A stretch of 63,458 nucleotides of DNA, counting the filler, from Chiloscyllium plagiosum (lineage: Eukaryota), in the NCBI RefSeq assembly GCF_004010195.1. It is 5 parts of one record of this genome, joined end to end, with 100 filler letters (N's around TTAATTAATTAA, not from the genome) between each part and the next. Parts side by side here need not be neighbours in the genome. Positions count along the whole stretch, not along the records: positions 50,551 to 59,367 come from NC_057715.1; positions 59,468 to 63,458 come from NC_057715.1; 3 more parts are not named here. One strand, 5' to 3'. The notes below the pieces were generated by a model, which made no database searches, was not told where the DNA came from, and saw only the letters and a list, made by a program, of their open reading frames with translations. Shown here piece by piece: positions 51,205 to 63,458 of the stretch; position 1 is the first letter of the stretch; each line of letters begins with the position of its first letter. The translations under genes were made by a program, and so were the position numbers.

Positions 51205-53099
51205 ACTGTCTAGAACATCTCACTATATCTTTTAATGGAATTCTGGGCATCAAGGCAAATTTTTAACTGGGGCAACAGTGTGTTGCTAATTAAATGGATT
51301 ATTCCTTGTTAACAATCTTATTAACTGTAAATCTCACCTTATTAATATGCGGCTTCCTATTATACCACCTGCCATAAGCGAACTGGATGCTTTGATTCCT
51401 CAACGTGGAAGTCAAAATGGGTACCCAACAGTCTCAGCTCACCGATTGCTCCAAAGGATCTCCATCATGGACATCTCAGGGAATGGTCCATGGACACTAG
51501 CCACAGGCACCCCATGTTCAAAGGCATTGGCATAGCACATGTGCCATTCAAAAAACTCTGGACAATCGCCTCTCGCTGTTTTACAAATTGGATATTTCTA
51601 ATACCCCTTGGGATTTGAAAGTTGACAGTCTGTCCACCATCAGTAAAACTGCTTTGTTATTGCCAATAGCGGTGAACTTCTTACACTTGGTTCCTTGTCA
51701 ACAGAAATAAAAATAGGTCACATGACCCTCTTCACTCAAGTTACCCTAAACAGAGACAGTCTGGAACCTCAACAATCTTAGAAAATACATAATTGTAACA
51801 GTTCAAATATGAGAAAGATTTATGATATTTAGAAATTAGAACACGCAAACAGTTGTGAATCAGACAGAAAGGCAAAACTTTACATGAAAGAAGCATCATG
51901 TCAGTGAGAAAATGGTGAATATATTTCTATTCATAAACTCGCAAAGAATTTAAATGCATTTTGTCAAAATCTAATTTTATGCTAGCAATGCACATTGACA
52001 CTTAAGTGTAATGCTGAGGAGCATTCCATGGAGGGTAATGCTCTCTTAAACAAGACAGGTTAAAACTTCCCCTCTTAGCTGGGCACACTCTTGTTCTTCT
52101 ACATCCAACAAGGTTAAATGCAGAACAGTTCCAGAAATTAAAAGAGGCAGCCCTGCCTCATTTCCTTTCAAATCTGTTCAGTCAGTGAGCATATGGCTAG
52201 TACGACAGTGACAAAATGAAATAATAAACAGAGAGGTCAGAAGAAGAGCGTTCTTGTGGGAACCACAGCCTGACAGCATATTCCCAAAGCACAGCATTGT
52301 ATTGCATCTCTTGAATGGGAAGTGACTTGATGAAGTACAAAGCCAAGGCTGAGTACATCACGTGTTGCTCAAACAGCAAGAAGATTCCTTGCCACTTCTG
52401 TGCACAGCTGTTCAGAACTAAACCTTGCTCCAAAAATGAAAGTTCATCTGATATGAACCAGAACCTCCTGTCTCTGGAGAGAGAGATCTTTCTGATGCAC
52501 AGCTATTGTAATAGATTTGCTTGAAGAGTAATTATTCACTGATTACGCAGATGCCTCTCCTTGTTATTTCCTTGAAAAGAAACAGTGCAGTTTTATTAGA
52601 CTTTTAACGAGAGGGTATTGATCTGAAACATTAATTTTCTCTCTCTCTACATCTGTAGCAAGACCTGTTCATTATTTCCAATTGTTTCATTATTTCATTT
52701 TAGATTTCTGATAGCTGTAATGTTTTGTAAGTTTATAATTGCCTTGCAAGTTTCCAGAATCTCTTCTTTGACCCAGTATCGAAATTAGAAGTTGAAATTT
52801 TTTGAAAGCATGGAAAGATAGCAATTTGCAGAATATCACTGTGAGGAGTATGTGTGACAATAAGATGATAAATGCTCAGGGATCTTGAGGTTCCTTGAGG
52901 GAGAGAAGAAGGAGGTCTGTTTTCAAAACTTGGTGTAAGGAGAAGATTGAGAAAGTTAGTGTGAGGGCTTTGCACTTAAAGGTTACTTGCCACTCATCTT
53001 TCCAGTCATACTGAGATGATTCAACTCCTCCTCCTTCTATTTCTTATGGAGGTTAACAGGATTTTTAAAAAAATGTAATTATTACAAAGTAAAATCTGA

Positions 53100-54460
53100 T
53101 ATCCCGACAACGTCCAAGTTATCAAAGTGATACTTATTGGTCTTCACCGTTATTAGTACATCATCCAGATAAATGGAAACCTGGGGTTGACCTTGTAAAA
53201 TGTTCTCCGTCTTCTGCTAAAAGATTGCACAGGCTGATGATACGCCAACTGGCATCTCATATTGGTACAAACCCTTAAGGGTATTAACTGCAGCATACCT
53301 CTGGGAATCCTCACCCAACCATAATTGCAGGTACGCATGGCTACATTTCCCAAAGAAGCAAACCCACAAAAAAATGGCAGCTGCCAGTCAGTCAATCGCG
53401 GTGGCTGTCGTTGTTGCTCAACTTTTATTGTTCTCCCAATGCTGCTTAGGCTGGGCTGAGCTTTTTACTTTGTTATTGTCCTTGAATCACGATAACCATC
53501 AGCAAAAACAAGGCTGCGTTATGCAGTCCGAATTTGGAACGCTCCAACTTCGTGAAAGACAGCCCCCTCAGTCAGATTGGGTATTTATCCAGCTGGGAGA
53601 AGTGGTTTACTGTTTGTTTAAAATTCCCACAAAGGCAAACTGACCCGTCAAGCTTCACAATCAGTCCAACCAGTGTTGCCATTCTGCAAACTGGACTGTT
53701 TTGGTGATTCCTTCCCTTTCCAGCTTCCTAACATCTGCCACTACTTTTGTCCGTAAGGCAAATGGCACTGGGTAAGCCTTGCAGATCATGAGATTGCTTT
53801 CTGGTCAACATGCAAGGTCTTTTATGATAGTCCCCATATCTTCCTACAACATCCAGGTGTTTAATTATGACTTCACTCAGGCTGCCATTTTCTAAATCGA
53901 AAAATGTTGAGTCAATCTAGGTGAATCATTCTCAACCAATTTCAGCCTCTTCAAGCTTGGGCCCTGAGCCTTTTACTACAATCGTGCCCTTAACCTGTAT
54001 AGGTTCTCAGACTGGCTGACGCTTTAAGCAAACCTAAAGGTCTCAGAGTCCAGAGCGAAATGTATTAAAGACTGATTCTGCGATCACCAATATGGCTGCA
54101 CCAATACAACCTCCATTGGAACCGATTGACTATTTAACCAGACGTTTATTTTGATTGGTTCTGATTTGGATGTTGCTAAGCAATTTAACTGTTCCAAACA
54201 AGATATAACTGGACTTTCCAGGGTGTGCACTCTCCTGGATACTGGCCCAAGAGTTTTTTAACTCAATTCAGGCCTAGTGGGACTTTTGTTGTCTCAAGCC
54301 CTCATACCGGCTTACCATTCTGGATCCTGAAGAAAATGCTAACCGGTTGGCCAAGGCTTGGCTCTGTTTTGGGATTTTATTGTGGGCTGACCTAGAGTCC
54401 CTCTGTTCAGGGTATATCCTGAGTGAGGCTAAGAGGGTCACTACAGGTCCTCTTTGTTCT
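53100..54460 (-). mobile_element. Decayed Ty3/Gypsy pol (protease-RT) remnant
   Basis: IVKLDGSVCLCGNFKQTVN..QLDKYPI; NTLKGLYQY..MPVGVSSACAIF*Q; IYLDDVLI; protease-like EPIKINVWLN upstream. Confidence 0.85.
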
Positions 54461-54479
54461 CACTTTCTACCCCACCATT

Positions 54480-55265
54480 ATCCATAATCAAAGGACCATC
54501 CTCCATCCTTTCTAACCCTTCCACGAAGAGACCACCACCAAATACATAGAGGCATAAAGATGTGCAGCACGGAAACAGATTCTGTTCCAACTCCTACATG
54601 CTGACTAGATATCCTAAACTAATCTAGTCCCATTTGCCTGCACTTGGCCCATATTCCTTTAAACCCTTTCTATTCATATACCCATTCAGATGCCCTTTAA
54701 ATGTTGTAATTGTACCAGCCTCCACCACTTCCTCTGGCAGCTCATTCCATATACACACCACCCTCCACACCCTTTTTCTCCACTGTCAGCATTTCACAAG
54801 GACAGTTCCCTCTGCAATTCCTGGTCTGTTCTGCCATCACTCCTAACACTTCCACGTCTTCTCTATGGCACTTTCGCTTACAATTGGAGAACTTGCAGCT
54901 TTTCCCCTCTCACTGTCCAAGGGTCCATTTACACCTTCTTGGTAAAGCAACATTTTACTTGTACTTCTTTCAATTGAGTTGAATGCATTCACTTCTCACA
55001 ATCCCAGCTCCTTTACATTGGTGAGACCAAATACAAACTGTGCGAGTGGTTTGTAGAAAACCTTTGCTCTGATAACAAGGATGACTCCAATATTCCAATT
55101 TCTTGCCATTTCAATGAACCATCTTGCTTCTATATTGAGGTTTCTGTTCTTTGCTTCAGCATTCCAACAAAGTTCAACACATGCTTGCAGAATACCACCT
55201 CAGTATATGCTTAGGCATTTTACAGCCTTTTGAACTCAACATTGGGTTTGATAACTTCAGAGCAT
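54480..55265 (+). mobile_element. Decayed Neptune-type PLE with nested CR1 tail
   Basis: QHFTCTSFN...LYIGETK...LGILQPFELN; antisense CR1 3' end at ~54545-54763. Confidence 0.75.
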
Positions 55266-56408
55266 TAAACTCAGTCCTCCAAATTGTTTACAAAAACAGA
55301 CAAAGCAACAGAACAGATCAAAAAATGTCAAGTGCAAATTGCATTCAGTTTGAATTAGTTTTCTGCAATCTTTTGCACAGTGTTTGATGAAAATGTAATG
55401 GAAAAGGTCCTGTACCACGAATAAGTTACAGTTTCAGATTAACTAGTATTGTCACTATCTAATAAATGTGGAAATTTATAATATATTTTAAATAACACTT
55501 CATTACAACTATACCATATAAGACACAAGGAAACTTGTAAAGAAGCTAATGTGAATGCAGAAAAAGAAACCATTTTCACAGAGCAATTAGGACATGCAAT
55601 GTGTGGTGGAATAGGTTCAATTGAGACATTCAAGAAGGCATTGGATTACTATTTAAATAGAGACTGTATTCAGGACAATGAGAAAAAGGCTGGAGAATGG
55701 TATAAGTTTATAAAAACCATTCAGAGGGATATGATGGGCTTAATGGCCTCCTTCTACACCACAACAGTTCTGTGACTCTCTGATACTGAAAACAAACCTA
55801 ATATATGCCATTTTAATTAAGTATACCTTATAGTTCTCTCAAAGTCAGTTTTTTTTTAAGAAATTGGATTATCTGAAGACTATTGACTAAAATGATTTAA
55901 ATATGCTTATATATAATAAATCCATTTTCAGAAATTGCACTAGTTTTTAAGTTTGAATGTATTAAAAATATTTTTAAAAATTCATCGTATTGGTTGTCTT
56001 CCAAAATACTGTGCAAGTCCATTGATGATTCTACTTTGTGGCTTTGTTAATGAGTTTGAATAGAACTTGAACATCAAATCAATTCAGGAAAGATGTATGC
56101 TTTGTTCCCAGATTGGCAGTTGGTCTAAACTGTAAACTCTACCTACCTTGCTACCTCTGACAACAGAGCATTGCACAGAAGGGTCATCCTAGATTTGGGC
56201 TCAAAACTCTGGATTCAGATTTGAATTCACAACGTCCGAGTCAGAGATGGGGTTACTTCGACTGAGCTACAACTGATATTATGGATGTTATAAACACTTC
56301 AGCAAGATTCTATCTTTCTTTCTACTTCCTGAATGTAATTGAACAAAACTTTTTAAAAAATTATATAATTTCAAGCTTACATTTGCTCAAATTGGAAGAA
56401 TAGTAGTA

Positions 56409-56582
56409 CAGAACAACCTTGATTATCCGAAAGAGATAGGTAGGGAGTATTATGGTTAGGTAACTGATCGTTTGGACATCTGATTGTTTGGATAACTGAT
56501 AACATTTTTACAGGACCTTGAAATCTTGTTCGGATAATCAGAAGTTCAGATAACTGATGTTCAGACAATTGAGGTTGTTCGG
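56409..56582. mobile_element. Tc1/mariner-pogo-type MITE
   Basis: TA-preceded TIR cagaacaaccttgattatccgaa and its decayed inverse ttcagacaattgaggttgttcgg; internal repeats of (t)cggataa. Confidence 0.7.
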
Positions 56583-58171
56583 TGGTCGAATTGACAGTTC
56601 CATTGTTTCAACAGCTTAGGGACCATCACATTCTGCATAGTGTTCGATTATCTCTGTTGTTATAACTTTCATTACCTTCAATATCATCCATGACCACATA
56701 CAGATCATGTTCTTGAGGCATTAACATAACTTAATTGCTTTAGCTGAGAGCCTGGTCCTTTTCTGAGTGAATAAAAGATGGGAGAATTCTAATATTTATG
56801 TTCAAATTTTTTTTAATGCCCTTTAATTTTGTCCTTTTCTGTCAAGTTAAGTAAGATCTTGGGCAGTGAGAGACAGAGAAAGTTATGATAATTGTTGTAT
56901 TTTTTGTGCTGGTGCTAAAATATAGTGCTTCAGAGCCATCTGTGTCATGTGAAATAAGGAAGAAAATTTATATTCTGGCAGAGAGAGGCATGGATGATAA
57001 CAAAGATTATTTGTAATGGAAATTGTACCATAACGTTTTAAGCTAAAGAGTTTGCTTATTATTTTGTCACTGTTTCTGTGCAGACTACCATTTATAACAG
57101 AGTCAGTAAGGAATGGTTGTAAAGCCCTTTAATACTTATCTCTAATGTCCACATCAAACTAAAACATGCCTTATGTCCTTCTCAATGGAGACTTATCCAC
57201 AGAGTAAATCTTGGGACAGAAATGAATTAGAGACATACTAACAACAGCCTGGGAAGAATGACAAATCCACTAGAGACAATGTAAGTTCAGAATCCAAATT
57301 AACTTCAGAATTAACTTTCCCAGCAATTGCCTATTTACTGCAGGGTTGAGTGTACATGAAAGAGGAAATTAAAGTATAAGCTGTTGCATCAGCAACCATC
57401 AAACATGGAAATCAACATCAGAAAGGCTTAAATGTCATTAAGTGTTCTGGAGGCAAGGTGTTGAAATTAAAGTCATTTGCTAATCTTTCTGCTTTCGGCT
57501 GACCCTGAATCACTGCTGCTAAATGAGTCATGGAAGATAAGATTAAGTGCCATCACTTAGTTTCCTACCCTGCTTCGGGGTCCCAATTGGAAACTGATGT
57601 AGGATACAGACACTGCTCTCATTTGGAATTGTTTGGAAACCTGCATCTACTGAAGATGTAGATCTTGTTACCTTGCCTTTAGGAAAACTCCAGAACTTTT
57701 GAGGCATTATAAATACGTGGAAATTTGACTAAACATGGTTCTGATCCATTTACCTACCCTCGATATCAAGAGAAATGGAGATTCCTGTTCACAAAGATCT
57801 CCATTTTTTAAAACCACATCAAGCTGCGAAAAAGAAAAGCATTTTGGGAAAGGAGGTGTAGGGAAGTAACAATTCAAAGTACATATTTGTCAAATTATAT
57901 TGTAGTGCACCATAGTCAGTGGAAATAAAAAGAAACATATTACTTAATTATTTAACAGAAGAGGAGATTGTAGAGAACAAAATTGCTCGAGTCATAATCA
58001 AATTTTATAAATTGGTCAGTTCAACTGTTCTAAATCCATTTGTGAAATCTATATTTTTTTAAATTAATGATGTTGTTCATATATTTCTCCAGTCAATATA
58101 CTCAATTATTAAGTTGGGCAAATAATTGTCATGCTTGGAGATTCGAGAGGACAGTGGCAAACTGGATAAAA

Positions 58172-58430
58172 AGGTAAAAACAAGGACTGCAAATGCTGAA
58201 AACCAGAGCCTAGATTAGAGTGGTGCTGGGAAAGCACAGCAGGTCAGGCAGCATCTGAGGAGCAGGAAAAATGGCGTTTCTGGCAAAAGCCCTTCATCAG
58301 GAATAGAGGCAGGGTGCCTGAAGGGTGGAGAGATAAGTAAGAGGGGGCTGGGAGTGGGGAGAAAGTAGCATAGAGCACAATAGGTGAATGGGGGTGGGGA
58401 TGGAGGTGATAGCTCAGAGAGGAGGGTGAT
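58172..58430 (-). mobile_element. PLE pLTR
   Basis: Reverse complement CTGATGA agggcttttgcca GAAA cg; homologous to 8090-8312. Confidence 0.85.
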
Positions 58431-58469
58431 TTTCAAGAGCTCTACTGTTCTTGTTTCAAATGACTCCAT

Positions 58470-59055
58470 GTTATCTTAATGTACAAGATGCCTCTGTGAA
58501 TGCAGTGATACTAGTTTGGATGTCAGTCTCTTGAGTGTGTGCATAGACCAACTCACCCACCCAATGGGTCTATGGTGGATCTGCTGGTGAGGATCACAGC
58601 TTGCATGCCATCATGTACCAAGTGGAGGATGGTGATGAACAGGCAGCTACATTTCAGAAGGACAGTCCTATGTCCCTCCTAGTCGATCGAGTCGAAGACC
58701 TGTACGAGATCAAAAAATCTCATGCGTGGAAATTTCTGTTCTCTATTCTTGTTGAGGACTGAGGCACAGTTGAGGAGATCCTCAAAGTGCTCCTTCCAAT
58801 GAGCACTAAATGACTTTCCGTCCTTGACGAGTGCCCCTTCATTTTTAGCTCAGTCAGGTAGGTCCTTGGGGGAATTGGGTGACACTTGTATTAAAGAATT
58901 TGCATATATTGTTGTCAAGTTCCTAGTTTTCTTGTACTCTTTCTACCCAGGACCTGCTCTTTAGGTCATGTGTTCTTTTACTAGATCTCGGCCTGTCGAC
59001 CTCTTTTCTTTCCCTTGAGATCTGGTGGTGTTTCCAGATCAGGAAGGCCTCACCC
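58470..59055 (-). mobile_element. Decayed RTE-clade LINE pieces
   Basis: W(K)EHFEDLLN motif near 58770-58800; terminal GLCTH-like remnant near 58540. Confidence 0.55.
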
Positions 59056-59062
59056 TTGTGGC

Positions 59063-62000
59063 TTAGAGTCATAGAGATGTACAGCACGGAAACAGACCAT
59101 TCGGTCCAACTTGTCTATGCTGACCAAATATCCCAACCCAATGTAGTCCACCTGCCAGCACCCGGCCCATATCCCTCCAAACCCTTCCTATTCATAGATC
59201 CATCTAGATGCCTTTTAAATGTTGCAATTGTACCAGCCTCCACCACTTCCTCTGGCAGCTCATTCCATACACACACCACCCTCTACGTGAAAACGTTGCC
59301 CCTTAGGTCTCTTTTATATCTTTCCCCTCTCACCCTAAACCTATGCCCTCTAGTTCTGGATTCCCCTNNNNNNNNNNNNNNNNNNNNNNNNNNNNNNNNN
59401 NNNNNNNNNNNTTAATTAATTAANNNNNNNNNNNNNNNNNNNNNNNNNNNNNNNNNNNNNNNNNNNNCCAACCTCCAGTCTTCCGGCACCTCACCTGTGA
59501 CTATCCATGATACAAATATCTCAGCAAGAGGCCCAGCAATCACTTCTCTAGCTTCCCACAGAGTTCTTGGGTACACCTGATCAGGTCCTGGGGATTTATC
59601 CACCTTTACCCATTTCAAGGCAACCAGCACTTCCACCTCTATAATCAGGACATTTTGCAAGATGTTACCATCTATTTCCCGACAGTCTATATCTTCCATA
59701 TCCTTTTCCACAGTAAATATTCATTTAGTATCTCCCCCATTTTCTGTGGCTCCACACAAAGGCTGCCTTGCTGATCTTTGAGGGCTCTATTCTCTCCCTA
59801 ATTACCCTTTTGTCCTTAATATATTTGTAAAAACCCTTTGGATTCTCCATAATTATGTTTGCCAATGCTATCTCCTGTCCCCGTTTTGCCCTCCTGATTT
59901 CCCTCTTAAGTATACTCCTACTTTCTTTAAACTCTTCTAAGGATTCACTCGATCTATCCTGTCTATACCTGACATATGCTTCCTTCTTTTTCTTAACCAA
60001 GACCTCAATTTATTTAGTCATCCAGCATTCCCTATGCTTACCAGCCTTCCCTTTCACCCTGACTTTCTCTGGATTCTTGTTATCTCATTTCTGAAGGCTT
60101 CCCATTTTCCAGCCGTCCCTTTACCTGCGAACATCTGTCTCCAATCAGCTTTCGAAAGTTCTTGCCTAATACCGTCAAAATTGGCCTTTCTTCAATTTAG
60201 AACTTCAACTTTTAGATCTGGTCTATCCTTTTCCATCACTATTTTAAAACGAATAGAATTATGGTCACTGGCCCCAAAGTGCTCCCCCATTGACACCTCA
60301 GTCACCTGCCCTGCCTTATTTCCCAAGAGTAGTTCAAGTTTTGCACCTTTTCCAATAGGTACATCTACATACTGAATCAGAAAATTGTCTTGTACAACTT
60401 AACAAATTCCTCTCCATCTTAACCCTTAACACTATGGCAGTCCCAGTCTATGTTTGGAAAGTTAAAATCCCCGACCATAACCACCCTATTATTCTTACAG
60501 ATAGCTGAGATCTCCTTGTAGGTTTGTTTTTCAATTTCCCTCTGACTATTAGGGGGTCTATAATACAATTCCAATAAGGTGATCAAATAACTTCCCTGGA
60601 TGTATTTCCAGGAATATCCTCCCTCAGCACAGCTGTAATGCTGACAGCTGTAATGCTATCCCTTATCAAAAATGCCATTCCCCCTCCTCTCTTGCCTCGC
60701 CGTCTATCCTTCCTGTAGCATTTGTATCCTGGAACATTAAGCTGCCAGTCCTACCCATCCCTGAGCCATGTTTCCGTAATTGCTATGATATCCCAGTCCC
60801 ATGTTCCTAACCATGCCCTGAGTTCATCTGCCTTCCNNNNNNNNNNNNNNNNNNNNNNNNNNNNNNNNNNNNNNNNNNNNNNNNNNNNNNNNNNNNNNNN
60901 NNNNNNNNNNNNNNNNNNNNNNNNNNNNNNNNNNNNNNNNNNNNNNNNNNNNNNNNNNNNNNNNNNNNNNNNNNNNNNNNNNNNNNNNNNNNNNNNNNNN
61001 NNNNNNNNNNNNNNNNNNNNNNNNNNNNNNNNNNNNNNNNNNNNNNNNNNNNNNNNNNNNNNNNNNNNNNNNNNNNNNNNNNNNNNNNNNNNNNNNNNNN
61101 NNNNNNNNNNNNNNNNNNNNNNNNNNNNNNNNNNNNNNNNNNNNNNNNNNNNNNNNNNNNNNNNNNNNNNNNNNNNNNNNNNNNNNNNNNNNNNNNNNNN
61201 NNNNNNNNNNNNNNNNNNNNNNNNNNNNNNNNNNNNNNNNNNNNNNNNNNNNNNNNNNNNNNNNNNNNNNNNNNNNNNNNNNNNNNNNNNNNNNNNNNNN
61301 NNNNNNNNNNNNNNNNNNNNNNNNNNNNNNNNNNNNNNNNNNNNNNNNNNNNNNNNNNNNNNNNNNNNNNNNNNNNNNNNNNNNNNNNNNNNNNNNNNNN
61401 NNNNNNNNNNNNNNNNNNNNNNNNNNNNNNNNNNNNNNNNNNNNNNNNNNNNNNNNNNNNNNNNNNNNNNNNNNNNNNNNNNNNNNNNNNNNNNNNNNNN
61501 NNNNNNNNNNNNNNNNNNNNNNNNNNNNNNNNNNNNNNNNNNNNNNNNNNNNNNNNNNNNNNNNNNNNNNNNNNNNNNNNNNNNNNNNNNNNNNNNNNNN
61601 NNNNNNNNNNNNNNNNNNNNNNNNNNNNNNNNNNNNNNNNNNNNNNNNNNNNNNNNNNNNNNNTCTCTTTAAACTCCCATATCTGACAAGAAGTACATAT
61701 CACTGCAAAGGTCATTTTTGCTCCTTCACAATCTACAGACCCAGAAACTAACACCGTCTTATTCCTCTACAAATACTGCCCCAGGTTAAATTAATAGCTA
61801 TGGCTTATATTTTAGGTTTAATCAAGAGACTTATCTCCAAAAAACACATAATCAAAAAGAATCCACTATACTCACTACTGCAGCCTTTCTCTTGGACAGA
61901 CTTAAAACAACAATTAACTTATCTGATTCTGTGCTGTGAACTTCGCCCAACAGTTCCTCCAAGATTAGTTGTGAATTTCACTGTTTGTTAATTTTCCCAG

Positions 62001-62115
62001 GTGCATTCCGATGTCCAGTAATACACGAATTCAACAGCAAAGGCGGGAACTGTGCAGGTTTTCTCTCTCTCTCTCTTTCTCAGTCTCCTGCACTGTCCTC
62101 ACCATGTGCTTCCTT
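59063..62115 (-). mobile_element. Near-full-length CR1, same family as 29725-34311, two gaps
   Basis: 3' tail at 59063; APE/tether region 59468-60836; ORF1 start (CTSCQIWEF) at ~61715; 5' UTR 61720-62115 homologous to 29910-30325. Confidence 0.92.
60837..61663. other. Assembly gap
   Basis: Run of N. Confidence 1.
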
Positions 62116-62469
62116 GACGTTCTGGAGAAAATGGCTTCAGATGTGTTTACAATGTGAATACATTTGGAGATGCCAGGTTGGTCTCCAGTTGCTCCCTGAA
62201 ATGAGGAGTTGGCATAGAAATTCAGGGTGGCTGTAACCTTGGTGGGGACCAGGCAGGAATGGCCACTCTATCCATCTGAGTGCAAGTCCACCTCCAGTAA
62301 ATAACCAGCTGGTTTTGATTGCCGTGCTCATCAATCATCTGTGCCTGCCGCTTTGTTTCTGAGAACATGAGTATGAGGCCAGTAGTTGCAGTGTGTTGCT
62401 ATTCTCCTCTACCCCCCTTGGACGATCTTCATCTCTTGCTTCCACCTTTGGAGGCCACAGGTGAAGTTG

Positions 62470-62685
62470 ATAGATGTGAGGCTGGAAAAGCACTGCAGGT
62501 CCGATAGCATCTCAGGAGCAAGAGAGTCAATGTTTTGGGCAGAAACCATTCACCAGGATTTATATCAGTATCCAGACAAATGATTTTGGCATGAAACGTT
62601 GACTCTCCTGCTCCTCAGATGCTGTCTGACCTGCTATGCTCTTCCAGCTTCACATCTATTGATTGTGACTTCCAGCATCTACAGA
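62470..62685. mobile_element. Fold-back PLE derivative, decayed
   Basis: atagatgtgaggctggaaaagca...gcatctcaggagca pairs with tgctcctcagatgc...tgctcttccagcttcacatctat. Confidence 0.85.
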
Positions 62686-63111
62686 GCCAACTATCTCCTA
62701 GCAGCTAGAGGTTGCTGGGTTTTGCCAGGATTTTGAACACTATTGTAACTGGTCCCTCCTTCAATATTGTTTTCACATTTGAAGCAACTGCAATCTCTCT
62801 AGACATTGATTCCATGTCAGATGTGTGAGCAGACAATCTGTGGGGGGAATACCAGAAAGAGAACTCATTCTCACCAAAGTATTCCTGAGCCTTCATGTCA
62901 ATCAAAATAAACATAGTGTTATATCTTGAAATTTGTGACAAAGTGGCTTTGCAAGGAGGTTGATGTCATGCCTCTAAAGAGTTCCAAGGTATGTAATCTT
63001 TATTCAGACATCAATTATGTAAGCAACAAGTTCATAGTGTAATGCAGAAGTGGAATTCTGGCAATAAGGGCATTTATTCTCCACAAACATTCACCACCAC
63101 TACAACCATCC

Positions 63112-63458
63112 CAACACACATACATATATATATACACATACACACTCACACATACACTCACACTCACACGTACACATACACACATACACATACATGGATA
63201 CACACATATACTTACACACACACACTTACACATATACTCACACTCACACATATACACACACACATACATGGATACACACATATACATACACACACATATA
63301 TATACACACACACATATGGACACACACACATGGACACACACACATATCCACACATATATATATACACATATACATACACACATATACATATACACACATA
63401 TACATACACATATATACATATACACACATATACATACACATACATATATATATATATA
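63112..63458. repeat. Compound (CA)/(TA) microsatellite
   Basis: Direct reading. Confidence 0.97.

Noticed and set aside
26126..59423. TTAATTAATTAA repeated at 26126, 42860, 50495 and 59412
   Set aside because: Each is centred in a 100-bp N spacer, so it is an artificial six-frame-stop scaffolding linker.
63015..63445. Cys/Val/Tyr-rich ORFs
   Set aside because: Translations of a microsatellite.
1..63458. Ig/TCR recombination signals, CRISPR arrays or prokaryotic systems
   Set aside because: The CACAGTG heptamers I saw lack a correctly spaced nonamer and mostly lie in repeats; there is no repeat-spacer array, and the DNA is eukaryotic.

Overview
Repeat-saturated vertebrate genomic DNA, almost certainly from a cartilaginous fish (shark-type HE1 and Deu-domain SINEs, HER1/CR1 LINEs). 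It reads as a large intron or gene desert: I recognise no host protein-coding, tRNA or rRNA gene. All convincing ORFs are retroelement remnants: three near-full-length CR1 LINEs and many fragments, Penelope-like elements (PLEs, Neptune- and Poseidon-type), a Tx1 fragment, RTE fragments, an L2/CR1-like family and a decayed Gypsy pol. There are six assembly gaps, four of them carrying an artificial TTAATTAATTAA linker. The most interesting signal is a set of short fold-back PLE derivatives (about 130-480 bp). They come from at least four sequence families, several have clean 8-15 bp target-site duplications (TSDs), and they carry minimal hammerhead-ribozyme motifs whose stems co-vary between families. 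Other points of note are a Tx1 insertion inside a CR1 3' tail, an unexplained ~155-bp inverted repeat pair, and TE-free AT/TAAT-rich islands that may be conserved enhancers. Coordinates were read by eye, so decayed-repeat boundaries are approximate, and family names come from motif recognition rather than database searches.
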